Below are positions 1 to 10,799 of a stretch of DNA of 64,000 nt, piece by piece. Below the pieces are notes generated by a model, which searched no databases, was not told the DNA's origin, and saw only the letters and a program-made list of their open reading frames with translations. The position numbers and the translations under genes were made by a program. The stretch is from a virus. The stretch spans positions 1 through 64,000 of IMG/VR virus record IMGVR_UViG_3300035150_000164. One strand, 5' to 3'. Position 1 is the stretch's first letter. Each line of letters opens with the position of its first letter.

Positions 1-1922
1 CCAGCGTATATGTTTACTTCTCCTCCACCAGAATTAACACTAACATCAACATACCCCTTTGTGGTCCACGAAGCCTCACCTTCAGAAACCATAATTGCTG
101 AAGCATATGAACCACTATCATCTATATACCGATAATTGGTGTAAGCCCTACTATTCCCAGCACCATCAGACAAATCACCATGTCCGTAAGACATTGATCC
201 AGCAGACCATATAAGGTGTCCCATCACCTGATAGTCAGTTGTTCCACCACCTGCATCACCCTGAATATAAACAGCCTTGTTATTGTTCCCAAGCGTACTG
301 TCATCATAAATCTGTAATATCTCGTCATAGTAAGTACCACCTGAAAGCCTTTCCAACCCCAGTGCCCCATTTGCATCCACCCCAGCACACACCATCCTAA
401 CTGCTCCGTCACTGGTATATATCGTGCGTCCAAGTCCGGAACCTCCATAGTCATAAGCATCATCAAGTGTTCCTCCTGCTCCTCCTGTAGATGCTGCTGC
501 TAAAATCGCAGCAAATATAGAACCCTCTCCACCTATAAGGGTTTCTATATTAGACCACTCAGCCTCAGTTGATGACAACAATATACCATCAGACGACCAT
601 CCAATTGGATTGTTGTCATCAGTAAAAGGAGTAGAATTCAAATCAATATACGACCCATCTACAGATATTCCCGTAGCAGATGTTATAAGAATATTTTCAC
701 CATAAGCTGTACCTGTCTTTGCCCTTACTGTTATATAATTCACAGGACTAGCTGCCGTATCAGCCCATATTCTAGTATATCCAGATCCACTAGATATAGA
801 ACTACTATTAATACCAGAATCTTTTCCGCTATCAACATCAGTAACAGCATCAAACAACGCATTTCGGTAACCACCGTTATCATCGTCAGCATGAAAAATA
901 ATATTAGATTTAGATGATCCAGAACTTGTCGTTTCAGCCTCTACTGTTACTGTAGCTGTATTACCTGAACCTGTAGCACGACTCTTGTAAAGTGAACTAA
1001 TATTCCCAATTGCTGAATTATTTCCAACAACAAAATCATCATTAGAAAAAATTACAAATCCATCACTAGAACCACCACTGCCCCTCATATAGATAGAGTA
1101 TGCCTGGTTATCATACCAATCCTGTGCTGAAGATGCATTCTGTACAATCTCTAAAACATGGCTGTCATTAGTGTCATCATCTTGAGTCAATGTTAGAGCA
1201 GATGCATTTCCTCCATCTTGTATCAATATCTCTACAGAATCACCTACATTAAGCGGACTAAGTACAGTACCTGTTCTAGTCCAATATCCTGTTCCTGTAG
1301 CATCTACTAAAATACTCTCATTTGCTCCAGGATTCTGTACTGTAAACGTAACACCAGATCCCTGAATTATCTTGCTACTCAAATACCCTGGAGTAGTATC
1401 AGCAGCAGTCGTCATTACTCTATATGTATCTCCACCACCAGCAGTACTCTTAAAACTAAACATCTGGCGTGAAGGATCACCCTGCTCAAGAGTTGACCCG
1501 TTAAACCAATTGATAGTATAAGCATCATCTATATATCCAAATATCTGTATTGAAGGATCAATCTCTACAGAACTATATAGTTCAAAAGCAGTATCCTGCG
1601 GACCAACTGCACCAGGCGTAAGCACAACCCCAATCATATACCCAGCCTGCAATTCTAAATCAGTGGACGAATCAATTGTAATAGATGTATTTAAAGTCCT
1701 GGAAACAATAACCAAATCACCAGTCATAACCAATTTAGGAGTTCCAGCGTCGTCTATTACACTAGCATTAGGAATCGACTGAAATATGACCTTTAGATTT
1801 TCTGTATTAGTAAATACAGTAGAATCTTGATCATTTACAAGATCTAAAAATTGTTGCTGCCAAAGTTGCCAATCAGCACTCCATGGCGGTATTGGCCATT
1901 GATTCCTTGGTGTTTCCTGCAT
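1..1922 (-). CDS. Putative tail fibre / baseplate-attached protein (partial, runs off the left edge)
   Basis: Not in the ORF track. Hand translation from ATG at 1922 (MQETPRNQWPIPPWSADWQLWQQQFLDLVNDQD...) stays open to the window edge. It is G/S/T/D-rich and directly follows the baseplate wedge gene. Confidence 0.7.
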   Translation of the reverse strand, partial: MQETPRNQWPIPPWSADWQLWQQQFLDLVNDQDSTVFTNTENLKVIFQSIPNASVIDDAGTPKLVMTGDLVIVSRTLNTSITIDSSTDLELQAGYMIGVVLTPGAVGPQDTAFELYSSVEIDPSIQIFGYIDDAYTINWFNGSTLEQGDPSRQMFSFKSTAGGGDTYRVMTTAADTTPGYLSSKIIQGSGVTFTVQNPGANESILVDATGTGYWTRTGTVLSPLNVGDSVEILIQDGGNASALTLTQDDDTNDSHVLEIVQNASSAQDWYDNQAYSIYMRGSGGSSDGFVIFSNDDFVVGNNSAIGNISSLYKSRATGSGNTATVTVEAETTSSGSSKSNIIFHADDDNGGYRNALFDAVTDVDSGKDSGINSSSISSGSGYTRIWADTAASPVNYITVRAKTGTAYGENILITSATGISVDGSYIDLNSTPFTDDNNPIGWSSDGILLSSTEAEWSNIETLIGGEGSIFAAILAAASTGGAGGTLDDAYDYGGSGLGRTIYTSDGAVRMVCAGVDANGALGLERLSGGTYYDEILQIYDDSTLGNNNKAVYIQGDAGGGTTDYQVMGHLIWSAGSMSYGHGDLSDGAGNSRAYTNYRYIDDSGSYASAIMVSEGEASWTTKGYVDVSVNSGGGEVNIYA

Positions 1923-1926
1923 AATG

Positions 1927-4110
1927 TTACCCTTGCAACAAGTTAATAGTAAGACTTCCGTATACTATAACCTGATTTTCCTCTGGTACTAAGTTGCCAC
2001 CAGTTAAAAAAGCACTAGGTCCTGTAATCTCTATATTCACATAATCAATTCCTGGAATCTGCTTAACAACCTCGTACAACGAATCTAAATACAACGGACT
2101 ATTAAAATCACGTCTTTTAAGAATACCTAAAATAACAGCTCTAACTTGAGATTCAACAGCAGATGGTACATAAGAAGATACCACAGTACCATTTACACTT
2201 ATGTCAGCAGGTACCAATGAAGTTGATCCATCTACTACTTCTACCACCTGCGTAACCTCTTTTATTCTGTTCAGTTCTGTTTGTAACGCATTCTTTAATC
2301 CTATAGATGGAGCAACGTAATTACCGTCAAGATCAAGAGAAAGTATTGGAACCTGAACATAATTTGACAAACAATCATCTGAAAACAAACTAGCTACATG
2401 ATTTGCTATTCCATCTGTTCCATTTAATTTTGAATCTATATCACTAGATATAGAATCACTCTCATCTTCTATTAAAGATATTTGATTTTGAATACTTGAT
2501 ATAGTAGTATTCATCAACCCAATATTTGATGACATAGAATCCAATTGATCTTCTACATACCCACTATTTTCTAAATAATCATTTAAACTTCTTAAATTTG
2601 GAAATACACTACTATATATAATACTTTTTGCACTAGTAGCTGCTATCCTGGAATTTTGACTCTCTTCATTTGCTGATGTAGCAGAATAAATAATTGAATT
2701 AACATAATCAAGTATCTCCTCTGTAGTTGCTCCTCCTGTTTCAATTAGGGTCTTTAAACTATTCGCAGCATTCAATGCTTCCATACTCTGATACTCAGCA
2801 GTAGAAGACCTCGTCTCTGATATCTCTATATTTGTAAGCACATTTTCTGCTCCACTATTAGCAGCTCCTACAAAACCAAACATCGTTAATCTATAAGTAT
2901 CCAAAACAGAATGTATAGTTGTAATCGCATCAAGTATCGTTCCCAATTCATCAGAATCACTATCTAATAAAGCATTAATAGATGAAATATTTGTATCGAA
3001 ATTACTCAAAATATCAGTAATGTCATCAATCAATGCGTTCAATACAATATCATCATATCTACTTCTTGGATTTATAGCATATGCCTTTGCCACACCTCCA
3101 AATGAAGCATCTCTAAAACTATTCGCCAATGCCTCATAATCCTGTTGTGTTATCGCAGCACCTCTAGCAGCAAAACTAACAGGTGCCCACCTTTTAGCAC
3201 TCTCAGCCTTTTCAGGATCTAACCCATTTGCAGATCTGGCATTCGTAATTGTAAAATTTACTGGCTCTCCAGCAATAGTTAATGTATCTATAGATTTCTT
3301 AATTGAATCAGATGTAACACTCCCCTTCGCACCATCTATAATTAAAAATCTAATCTTTACTTCAGCTCCTACTGGAGGAATATTTCCAGCTAAACCGTCA
3401 CCAAATCTTACAATAGGTGGATTAGCCAAATAACTAACCTCATAATGATTTGGAGTATCAGATCCGAATTCTAAAAAATCCAACTCGGTCCACAATGTTC
3501 CATCAACCCATACTTCTATGTTGTTGTAACCAAGAAAGCGGTCTTCATCAATACTAGCCAATCTATACGTCTGATTTTTGGTTCCATCAGCCGTATATGT
3601 AAGTGTCCTAGTTTCACCCTGCCTAACATCAATATCAACTGTATCACCAGCACTCAACGCAGTTGATTGGATATATTTTTCGTAAGATTCATACTGATAT
3701 CCACTTGTACTCTGATACCTCCATCTGTCTTTCATCTCAAACGGACCACTGGTACCGTCTGGAAATGTCAATGTAACTGTAGTAGATCCAGCAGAAGCTG
3801 GAGTCATTTTGTATCCAATTTGCTCTACAAGACGTTCTACCGCAGCTCTAGTTCTAGCTGTCTCTAGATATCCGTCAGATGCTTCCCTATCCAAATACCA
3901 TGAAAGTGCAGCATAAGCCCATGATACAAGCTCAATAAGCATAACACCCTGATTAGTAGTAGCATAATCGTTGTATACCTCTTCGTATTCAACCTTCAGT
4001 CTTCTTAATAGATCATCAAATATTGATGCAAAATCCCTAGCGGAATATCTTATAGAATTCAATGGCTTTCTATCTTGAACTAATGGACTATACTGATCTT
4101 CTGTCGCCAT
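1927..4110 (-). CDS. Baseplate wedge protein (T4 gp6 / baseplate J-like)
   Basis: N-terminal YSARDFASI...YLETARTRAAV...IGY, RFGDG..G.IPP and RGAAITQQDYEALA motifs; follows gp25-like gene. Confidence 0.88.
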   Translation of the reverse strand: MATEDQYSPLVQDRKPLNSIRYSARDFASIFDDLLRRLKVEYEEVYNDYATTNQGVMLIELVSWAYAALSWYLDREASDGYLETARTRAAVERLVEQIGYKMTPASAGSTTVTLTFPDGTSGPFEMKDRWRYQSTSGYQYESYEKYIQSTALSAGDTVDIDVRQGETRTLTYTADGTKNQTYRLASIDEDRFLGYNNIEVWVDGTLWTELDFLEFGSDTPNHYEVSYLANPPIVRFGDGLAGNIPPVGAEVKIRFLIIDGAKGSVTSDSIKKSIDTLTIAGEPVNFTITNARSANGLDPEKAESAKRWAPVSFAARGAAITQQDYEALANSFRDASFGGVAKAYAINPRSRYDDIVLNALIDDITDILSNFDTNISSINALLDSDSDELGTILDAITTIHSVLDTYRLTMFGFVGAANSGAENVLTNIEISETRSSTAEYQSMEALNAANSLKTLIETGGATTEEILDYVNSIIYSATSANEESQNSRIAATSAKSIIYSSVFPNLRSLNDYLENSGYVEDQLDSMSSNIGLMNTTISSIQNQISLIEDESDSISSDIDSKLNGTDGIANHVASLFSDDCLSNYVQVPILSLDLDGNYVAPSIGLKNALQTELNRIKEVTQVVEVVDGSTSLVPADISVNGTVVSSYVPSAVESQVRAVILGILKRRDFNSPLYLDSLYEVVKQIPGIDYVNIEITGPSAFLTGGNLVPEENQVIVYGSLTINLLQG

Positions 4111-4111
4111 A

Positions 4112-4540
4112 TTATTGCCCCTGTGCAGTTGGTGTATAAACTACTTGCTGCTGATGCGTCTCTCCACCAACTGTATATTCAATATCAAAAACTATATCAG
4201 TACCAAGTCCTTCTTGATACTCAACTTGACTGGATCTGACATTGTTAACTCTAACTCCTGGAACAAATGTCTCTATTGCATTTGATACCTGATTGGCAAT
4301 CCTTACCTTCTGTATAGGTGTCATATTGGAAAATACATATTCATATAAATTAACACCAAGATTGTAATGCATTATCCTCTCACCAATACCTGTCATCATA
4401 AGAGATACTATATTTGCAAATGAACCATTTGTTGCACTAGCCATTGCTGGAAATCCAGATGGACCCTTCTGAAAAGGAAACGCAAACGTCTTAACAAGTT
4501 TACGATCATCAGTAGATGGTACTGTGTTTACAAATCCCAT
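4112..4540 (-). CDS. Baseplate wedge / sheath initiator (gp25/GPW-like)
   Basis: MTGIGERIMHYNLGVNL..YVF and IETFVPGVRV match the gp25 pattern. Confidence 0.85.
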   Translation of the reverse strand: MGFVNTVPSTDDRKLVKTFAFPFQKGPSGFPAMASATNGSFANIVSLMMTGIGERIMHYNLGVNLYEYVFSNMTPIQKVRIANQVSNAIETFVPGVRVNNVRSSQVEYQEGLGTDIVFDIEYTVGGETHQQQVVYTPTAQGQ

Positions 4541-4612
4541 TATTCAAACCTACCACAATATCTTAAAATTTGCGATTTACTATAATTCTTTATCATGTCA
4601 ATATCCTCAAAA

Positions 4613-4626
4613 CGAACTTAAGTTCG
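4613..4626. repeat. Dispersed palindrome
   Basis: CGAACTTAAGTTCG, intergenic. Confidence 0.9.
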
Positions 4627-4631
4627 CATAA

Positions 4632-4976
4632 TTAATCCAAAGGACACCCAGGAAGTTTCGGCAAACCTGGCAAATTAGGTATCGCTGGAAGACTAAACGG
4701 AATCTGTGGTATCGGTATAGCTAATTTCGGTGTCGGTAAAGATATACTGATTCCTGGTATACTTACACTTATACCTATAGTAGGTAATTTAGGAATCGCA
4801 GGAAAACTAAACGGAGGTTGTGGTATAGGTATCGATATCTTCGGTATCGGCAAACTAACATTTGGTATATTAGGAACGCTTGGCAAAGTAGGTATCGCAG
4901 GGAGACTGAATGGTGGCTGCGGTATCGGTATCGATATCCTAGGTATCGGTAGAAATGGTATCCTGCATCTACTCAT
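4632..4976 (-). CDS. Pro/Ile-rich repeat protein in the baseplate cluster
   Basis: Three copies of ~LPIPKISIPIPQPPFSLPAIP; start overlaps the spike stop (ATGA). Confidence 0.6.
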   Translation of the reverse strand: MSRCRIPFLPIPRISIPIPQPPFSLPAIPTLPSVPNIPNVSLPIPKISIPIPQPPFSFPAIPKLPTIGISVSIPGISISLPTPKLAIPIPQIPFSLPAIPNLPGLPKLPGCPLD

Positions 4977-5926
4977 GGAATAAATACCTTTTCACTTAAT
5001 TCTTTGTAAAGCATAGGAGGAGGTGTAGCACCTGGTGTTGTAGGAGACCCAGGGGGGCCACTAGTATGCTGATGTATTAGTCCCCATCCCAATGCAAAAG
5101 CATTCCCTCTAACAAGTGGCTGGCTGGCACCCTTCCCAAGCATTACAGTTCCTGCGTCAGCATTAAATTGTTTAGCACAATTTGCTACTACATTGTCACC
5201 AGTTAATAAAATATCCTTTCCATCTATCCCTATAGCACCTCCTGATTTAGTCATCAGCGTGATCTTATCATCTCCCAAAAACAACATTGATAATACATTA
5301 CCCTGATCATCCAATGTCTGAATAGTCGTCTCATCGTCTTCTGCATTCATGTATACCATAGACCCTTTATCATTAGTAATTAGAGTGTTTCCATCTTTCG
5401 TTAGGCTTATAAATTGAGATGTAGGTTCTCCCTCACCATCTCCTCTAGCGATAGTTATCTCAAGATTATCTGGATCATCATTAAATCTAATAAAATGACC
5501 GGACTTCGTTCTTATGCCCCTCTTCGAGGGGCCAACATCTTCTATATCGTCAGAATGAAATGTATCTGCAGTCTGATTTGTAGTTATAAACCCTCCCATA
5601 TAAATGGGACTCTTTGGATCTCCAAATTCAAATTGCACCCAAATATTCGTACCAATATCTGGAGGATGAAACATCCCAGTAGTTTGACCATCTGGTGTTG
5701 TTCCCATGCCATTCATACTCGGCATCATCCAAAATTTACTCGGCACATCTGATTCTTTCGGCATATAGATAGCTGGACAAGTTGCCCTTACACGCCCTCT
5801 GTTATCTGGATCATTGTTGTCTATAACCCTACCTGGATAGGTACCATAATATCTACCACAAAAACGCTCTAGACCCCTCGTGACATCTCCGAGATAATCC
5901 CTCAACCAATTCAATACAACACTCAT
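4973..5926 (-). CDS. Baseplate central spike (gp5/gpV OB-fold)
   Basis: YPGRVIDNNDPDNRGRVRA, PPDIGTNIWVQFEFGDPKSPIYMG, IRTKSGHFI, C-terminal HQH. Confidence 0.9.
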   Translation of the reverse strand: MSVVLNWLRDYLGDVTRGLERFCGRYYGTYPGRVIDNNDPDNRGRVRATCPAIYMPKESDVPSKFWMMPSMNGMGTTPDGQTTGMFHPPDIGTNIWVQFEFGDPKSPIYMGGFITTNQTADTFHSDDIEDVGPSKRGIRTKSGHFIRFNDDPDNLEITIARGDGEGEPTSQFISLTKDGNTLITNDKGSMVYMNAEDDETTIQTLDDQGNVLSMLFLGDDKITLMTKSGGAIGIDGKDILLTGDNVVANCAKQFNADAGTVMLGKGASQPLVRGNAFALGWGLIHQHTSGPPGSPTTPGATPPPMLYKELSEKVFIP

Positions 5927-7233
5927 TGCATCTGACCACCCTTCGTTTCTTTCTTTTCATCAGCTGTAGATTTTGTACCACGACGATGTACGTTAAGTGT
6001 CATATCCCATGTACCTAAACCCCAAGAATGTACAATTTTGTCAATATAATACGGTCCATCATAAATCAATCCAGCCATATGAAGATGACATATATTACCT
6101 ACTTTTTCTTCATTATGACCTATCGTTGCTATTTCCATTTGTAAACCAGGATTACCATACTGGTTAAATTGCTTAACTTGGTACTCAAATAATTTAGAAC
6201 CACCTGGTAATAATGGAGCACTAATAAACGTAGCAGATCTTTCATCACCCTTTAAATTATCTATAACATATCTCTCAAACTCAGCATCCTTTGGTTTGAG
6301 ATCTTTCGGTACATCATTCTCTATAGTTCCTACAATAGCCTCTTCGCTATCTTCAGGAGATGTTATTATCTCTACATCTTCACCAGTTTCTTTGTCTATA
6401 GCAGTTGCCTCAGTTCCACTAGCAGCAGCACTCGCATTTCCAGTTACCCAACCTATCTCATCTCCTTGTGGCGTAAAAGAATAGCAAGGATACTGATGAT
6501 TTCCATGATCTATTCCACCTCTAATTACATACTTATTTGAAACACCAGAATTATCAGCCAAAATACCCTTTGTCTGATCTTCTATAGTACAAACAGTCAA
6601 ATATTTTATGCTGTTTTTCGTAACAATTACAAATTTACAATAGTTTTCTTTACATATTGTTTTCAATGCATCCCAAACACTTTTATTAGCTAAACCACCA
6701 TAAAATTCATCTCCATTAATTTCATCTGAAGATGAATCAAGATTTTCACGAGCCCTATCTGTTATATCTACTTTCATACCGAGATCTGATACCAAACCTT
6801 CTATCCATTTTACAGCATCGTTTCCAGCAGTATCAAAAAGAGTCTTTGACACAGTGTATCCAAGAGACTTAATAGGAATTGGATTAATATCTATAGACCC
6901 AGAAAGACCATCTGGAGTCATACTTAACCCCTTGGCACCATTAACCATATTACCGTAGTACCAATCTATAAATCCACCACTTGCATATCCTATACGTGCC
7001 TTTACATAGTTTTTTTGCTTAAATGGCGTATCATTTGGATTCATTATCTTCAATGCATAATCATAGGGTATATCAAGTCCTATTATAAACTTCTCTATAA
7101 CCATCTCTCCACCAAATGTCATAGATACAGAAGTCAAAAATGGTAAACCTCCAGGACCTAAATTCCACCTAGTTCCACTCTCCCAATCTACTATTACTAC
7201 CTGAGCAATAGGATCTGTAAAAAGAATACTCAT
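5923..7233 (-). CDS. Baseplate hub (gp27 / late control D-like)
   Basis: Synteny; IGY motif and C-terminal YDGPYYIDKIVHSW...MTL. Confidence 0.75.
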   Translation of the reverse strand: MSILFTDPIAQVVIVDWESGTRWNLGPGGLPFLTSVSMTFGGEMVIEKFIIGLDIPYDYALKIMNPNDTPFKQKNYVKARIGYASGGFIDWYYGNMVNGAKGLSMTPDGLSGSIDINPIPIKSLGYTVSKTLFDTAGNDAVKWIEGLVSDLGMKVDITDRARENLDSSSDEINGDEFYGGLANKSVWDALKTICKENYCKFVIVTKNSIKYLTVCTIEDQTKGILADNSGVSNKYVIRGGIDHGNHQYPCYSFTPQGDEIGWVTGNASAAASGTEATAIDKETGEDVEIITSPEDSEEAIVGTIENDVPKDLKPKDAEFERYVIDNLKGDERSATFISAPLLPGGSKLFEYQVKQFNQYGNPGLQMEIATIGHNEEKVGNICHLHMAGLIYDGPYYIDKIVHSWGLGTWDMTLNVHRRGTKSTADEKKETKGGQMQ

Positions 7234-7610
7234 CGTTCTATATAATTACTAACCTGTGCCAATAACTTACTATCAATCCAGTTTTTAGACGGTATTTTTA
7301 ACCGCGTTCCTTTGCGTATTGATACATCCGGTAAATCTAAATTGTTTCTAGCCGCTATTACCCAATACAACTCTTGCCTATCAATACCCCAAAATCTAGC
7401 GGCCATCTTATCCAACCTATCATTTGGGTCCTCTACTATATATGTCCTCTCTTCCTCTTCTACTCCATCCCAGTTAGGCATTTCAAACATCATACGAAAT
7501 CTAACCAATTGTTCTGTATCCTTATCATATATCAATTGTTCAGGCATAAAATTCATAAATGAATATGGACGTGCTTTTAAAGTGTTCTTTCTTGGTTTTG
7601 GCTCAGACAT
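7230..7610 (-). CDS. LysM/tail-X-like baseplate protein
   Basis: DRLDKMAARFWG...LYWVIAARNNL...GTRLKIP. Confidence 0.8.
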   Translation of the reverse strand: MSEPKPRKNTLKARPYSFMNFMPEQLIYDKDTEQLVRFRMMFEMPNWDGVEEEERTYIVEDPNDRLDKMAARFWGIDRQELYWVIAARNNLDLPDVSIRKGTRLKIPSKNWIDSKLLAQVSNYIER

Positions 7611-7619
7611 ATAATCCCC

Positions 7620-10600
7620 TTAAACTGCCGGAATCCCCTCCGATGTCAATGATCCAACTGGAGTTTTCTTACCAAGAACAGCAGCTGTAGTACGTACGTT
7701 CTCCTCTAGTATACTCTTTAACATCTTTCTCGTTGATGCACCCTCGTTAGTAATAGCAAGAACTACAGAAGCCAAACCAGGTAAACTCATAGCAGTCTTA
7801 AAACTCTTTTTTACGTTTACATTTGCTTCTGTATCGTCAGATTCTATCTGTACATCAGTAAGATCTTTAACCATAGATTTAGCTACATCAGCAAGGAACG
7901 TCCTCTGTGATGCCAATTCTCTCATTTTCGTAGCATATGTATCCAATGAAAGTATAACAGACTCGTCTAATGCATTCTCTGTCGCTATCCTTATCATATC
8001 TGTACTATCAGTTATTCCATTAGCAAATTGCTCCATTACAAAATAACCACCACGATATGCAGCATTCGCATCCCCTGTCCCTGCTAATGGTCCATATTCT
8101 ATTGGAGAATGCGCCGTAGCAGAAGATGTTGCTTCAGCAAGTTTATCCGAAACCAAATCCTTCCCTTTTTCAAGTGAACTACTAATACCCTCTATAAACT
8201 GATCTCCAGTCGTCTGACCACCTAATAATACACCTTCTGCCTCTTCTGGTGTCATCATAGTAGAAGACCCAAATAAACCCTCTACAAGGTTTCCACCTGA
8301 AAACTCCCTAACATTAGATGTTTGATTTTCTGTTGCAACTTGTGACTGAATATCCTTCATAGTCTTTAAAACAGAAGACATCTTCTTTATAGCTTCAATA
8401 TCTGGAAACCATGCCTCTTCAGTTTCCCATTTTAAAGCCTTCTCAATATCCGCAACTGATTTTGCCATCTTATTGGGATCCATAGCCCAACCACGTCTAA
8501 TATCCTCCTTGCTCCACTTGAGCATTCCTTCTGCCATACCAAGACCCCTACCAGAAACTCCACCACCACTAAGATGAGACGCAACTTCCTTTCCAAGCAA
8601 TACTCCAGCAGCTAAGGCAATAGCACCTATTCCTGTAGTAGGATTTGATAATACACTCATAAAAGAACCACCACCAAGCGCAGCTAAACCAACAAATGCA
8701 GCACCAATCTGACCTCCTGTACCAAACGCTTCTCCAAATCCATCCAGTATTGAACCAACAACATCTTTTATAGATCCTACAATACCCTTTATTATAGGTG
8801 ACCAATCTAATTTAGAAAGTGATTTAGCAAGTTTACCAACTACAAAAGTAACACCCTCTAAAAATCTCTGCCAAGGAAAAATATCAACAACGTATCCAAA
8901 TGCTTTTGATAATCCATCAACAATATCACTTACTACTCCTGAATCTACAAGGTTTTTAAATCCTACTTTCAAATATCCTAATACTTTCCCAAACCCTACC
9001 TTTAATTTTCCAAATAATTCCGAAAAAGGACTCAACATCTTCTTTCTGTCGCCAGAATCCATTGCAAACAAACTTGATATTCCAACTGCTCCAGCACCTA
9101 AAACACCCAATGGTCCAAACATACCAACCAACTGCATTACAGGACCAAGTTCATCTCCCAACTGCTTCATAGTACTTGTTATAAGACCAAACTTTGCACC
9201 AAATTTAGACGCTCCTTTTGCCCCTACTCCTGTAGATTGAGCTAATGACGAAAACAAACCACCCATTCCCATTTGCTTGAATTGAGATAGCATATTTACC
9301 CAAGGACCCCACGTCTTGTCTGATCCTAAAGTCCTAAGTTCTTTACCTGCTTCTCTCATACCAGATGTTTGCTTCTTAACCAATCCTTTAACTTGAGTTC
9401 TAGCAATACTTCGTATAGTATTATCAAACGCCAAAGTAGCTCTGTCATATGTATCCTGAAGTGTTAACCCTGAACTATAAGCATCTTTTCCAAACTGTTT
9501 TAAAGCTCCGGCCCCTTTGACACTAACACGAGCCATCTCGGAAAGCGCAGCCGTCCCCTTTGTAGTATTCTGAGCAAGATACGATAATCCAGCAGATCCC
9601 TCACCTAATGCACCTGATAATCCAGACAGTGCCCTTTGAACTTGCGGTGAAGCATTATCTCCAAAACGAGCATACAGATCGTTGATGCGCTGCATACCCA
9701 TCACGGTATCCTTGCTACCAGTCAAAACGATGTCTCTTGCCTCGTCAAATCCTATACCTAATTGTGTCAAGAATTTTATAAGAGGATTGTCAGCTAACGC
9801 TCTTTCATCTCCAATAGCAAGCGCTTTCTCAACATGCACTGCCTGCTCAGCAAACATTCTCGCCACAGTGTTAGCCTTAGATATAGCTTCTTCCTGCGTA
9901 TCTCCCATCTGACGAAACACACCTGACATCCTAGCTGAGGACTCCATTAGACTCATTATCTCTTTAGACGACCTAGCCATACTAGGTGGAAGGTCCTTGA
10001 ATACTTCTCCGAGCTCGTCTAATTGAACCTTGGCATTCTTTATAGCACCTGCACCAGTACCCGCTACTTTACCTATAGCCATCAGGTTATCTAGCATCTT
10101 TGCAGCTTCTTTAGGAGATGCCCCCCAACTCGTCGTCATATCTCCAAGAATTGCCGTATAATAATTCATAGGAACATTGGTAGTCTGAACAACCTTTACC
10201 CAATCCTTGGTGCTCATTCCGAGAGCATCCATCGCATCCTTAGCACCTTTGTTCGCGACATGAATAGAAGCCATAGTATGTGCTACAGCATCAGCACTAG
10301 TATTCATTCCATACGCCATACCGGCAGCTCTACCTGCAAACTTCTTCATCTCGTTACTAGATAAATTCAACTCAGCAGCTATCGGCTTAGTCGTCTGCAT
10401 CATAGACGTCATCGTAGCCTCAAGACTATTAGTAAGATTCCCTGACTCACCAGTAAGCGTTTTCATATTCTGAGCAATATTAGCAACATTAAACTGCATT
10501 ACTCGATTCTGAATCGACTTCATAGCCTTCTTTACACCACCAGAAAGTTCAGAAAATCCTCTTCCCGCTTTCTTGGTAGCTTTTTCAGATTCGTCTCCAA

Positions 10601-10775
10601 AATCCTCCATCTCATCGCTAGCATCCCCAAATGCTTTCTTGAGATCTTTAATGACATCAACCTGATCATCCAATAGTTCGTTTATTTTATCCAGATTTTT
10701 AGCAGCAGAAGCAGACGCTTTTTTCATCCCAGCATCCGCTGCACCCATCTGAAAAGATATCCCAAGAAAACTCAT
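7620..10775 (-). CDS. Tape measure protein
   Basis: 1051 aa, Ala/Gly/Met-rich and helical; lies between chaperones and baseplate genes. Confidence 0.85.
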   Translation of the reverse strand: MSFLGISFQMGAADAGMKKASASAAKNLDKINELLDDQVDVIKDLKKAFGDASDEMEDFGDESEKATKKAGRGFSELSGGVKKAMKSIQNRVMQFNVANIAQNMKTLTGESGNLTNSLEATMTSMMQTTKPIAAELNLSSNEMKKFAGRAAGMAYGMNTSADAVAHTMASIHVANKGAKDAMDALGMSTKDWVKVVQTTNVPMNYYTAILGDMTTSWGASPKEAAKMLDNLMAIGKVAGTGAGAIKNAKVQLDELGEVFKDLPPSMARSSKEIMSLMESSARMSGVFRQMGDTQEEAISKANTVARMFAEQAVHVEKALAIGDERALADNPLIKFLTQLGIGFDEARDIVLTGSKDTVMGMQRINDLYARFGDNASPQVQRALSGLSGALGEGSAGLSYLAQNTTKGTAALSEMARVSVKGAGALKQFGKDAYSSGLTLQDTYDRATLAFDNTIRSIARTQVKGLVKKQTSGMREAGKELRTLGSDKTWGPWVNMLSQFKQMGMGGLFSSLAQSTGVGAKGASKFGAKFGLITSTMKQLGDELGPVMQLVGMFGPLGVLGAGAVGISSLFAMDSGDRKKMLSPFSELFGKLKVGFGKVLGYLKVGFKNLVDSGVVSDIVDGLSKAFGYVVDIFPWQRFLEGVTFVVGKLAKSLSKLDWSPIIKGIVGSIKDVVGSILDGFGEAFGTGGQIGAAFVGLAALGGGSFMSVLSNPTTGIGAIALAAGVLLGKEVASHLSGGGVSGRGLGMAEGMLKWSKEDIRRGWAMDPNKMAKSVADIEKALKWETEEAWFPDIEAIKKMSSVLKTMKDIQSQVATENQTSNVREFSGGNLVEGLFGSSTMMTPEEAEGVLLGGQTTGDQFIEGISSSLEKGKDLVSDKLAEATSSATAHSPIEYGPLAGTGDANAAYRGGYFVMEQFANGITDSTDMIRIATENALDESVILSLDTYATKMRELASQRTFLADVAKSMVKDLTDVQIESDDTEANVNVKKSFKTAMSLPGLASVVLAITNEGASTRKMLKSILEENVRTTAAVLGKKTPVGSLTSEGIPAV

Positions 10776-10785
10776 GATTCTAAAA

Positions 10786-10799
10786 CGAACTCAAGTTCG
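10786..10799. repeat. Dispersed palindrome
   Basis: CGAACTCAAGTTCG, intergenic. Confidence 0.9.
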
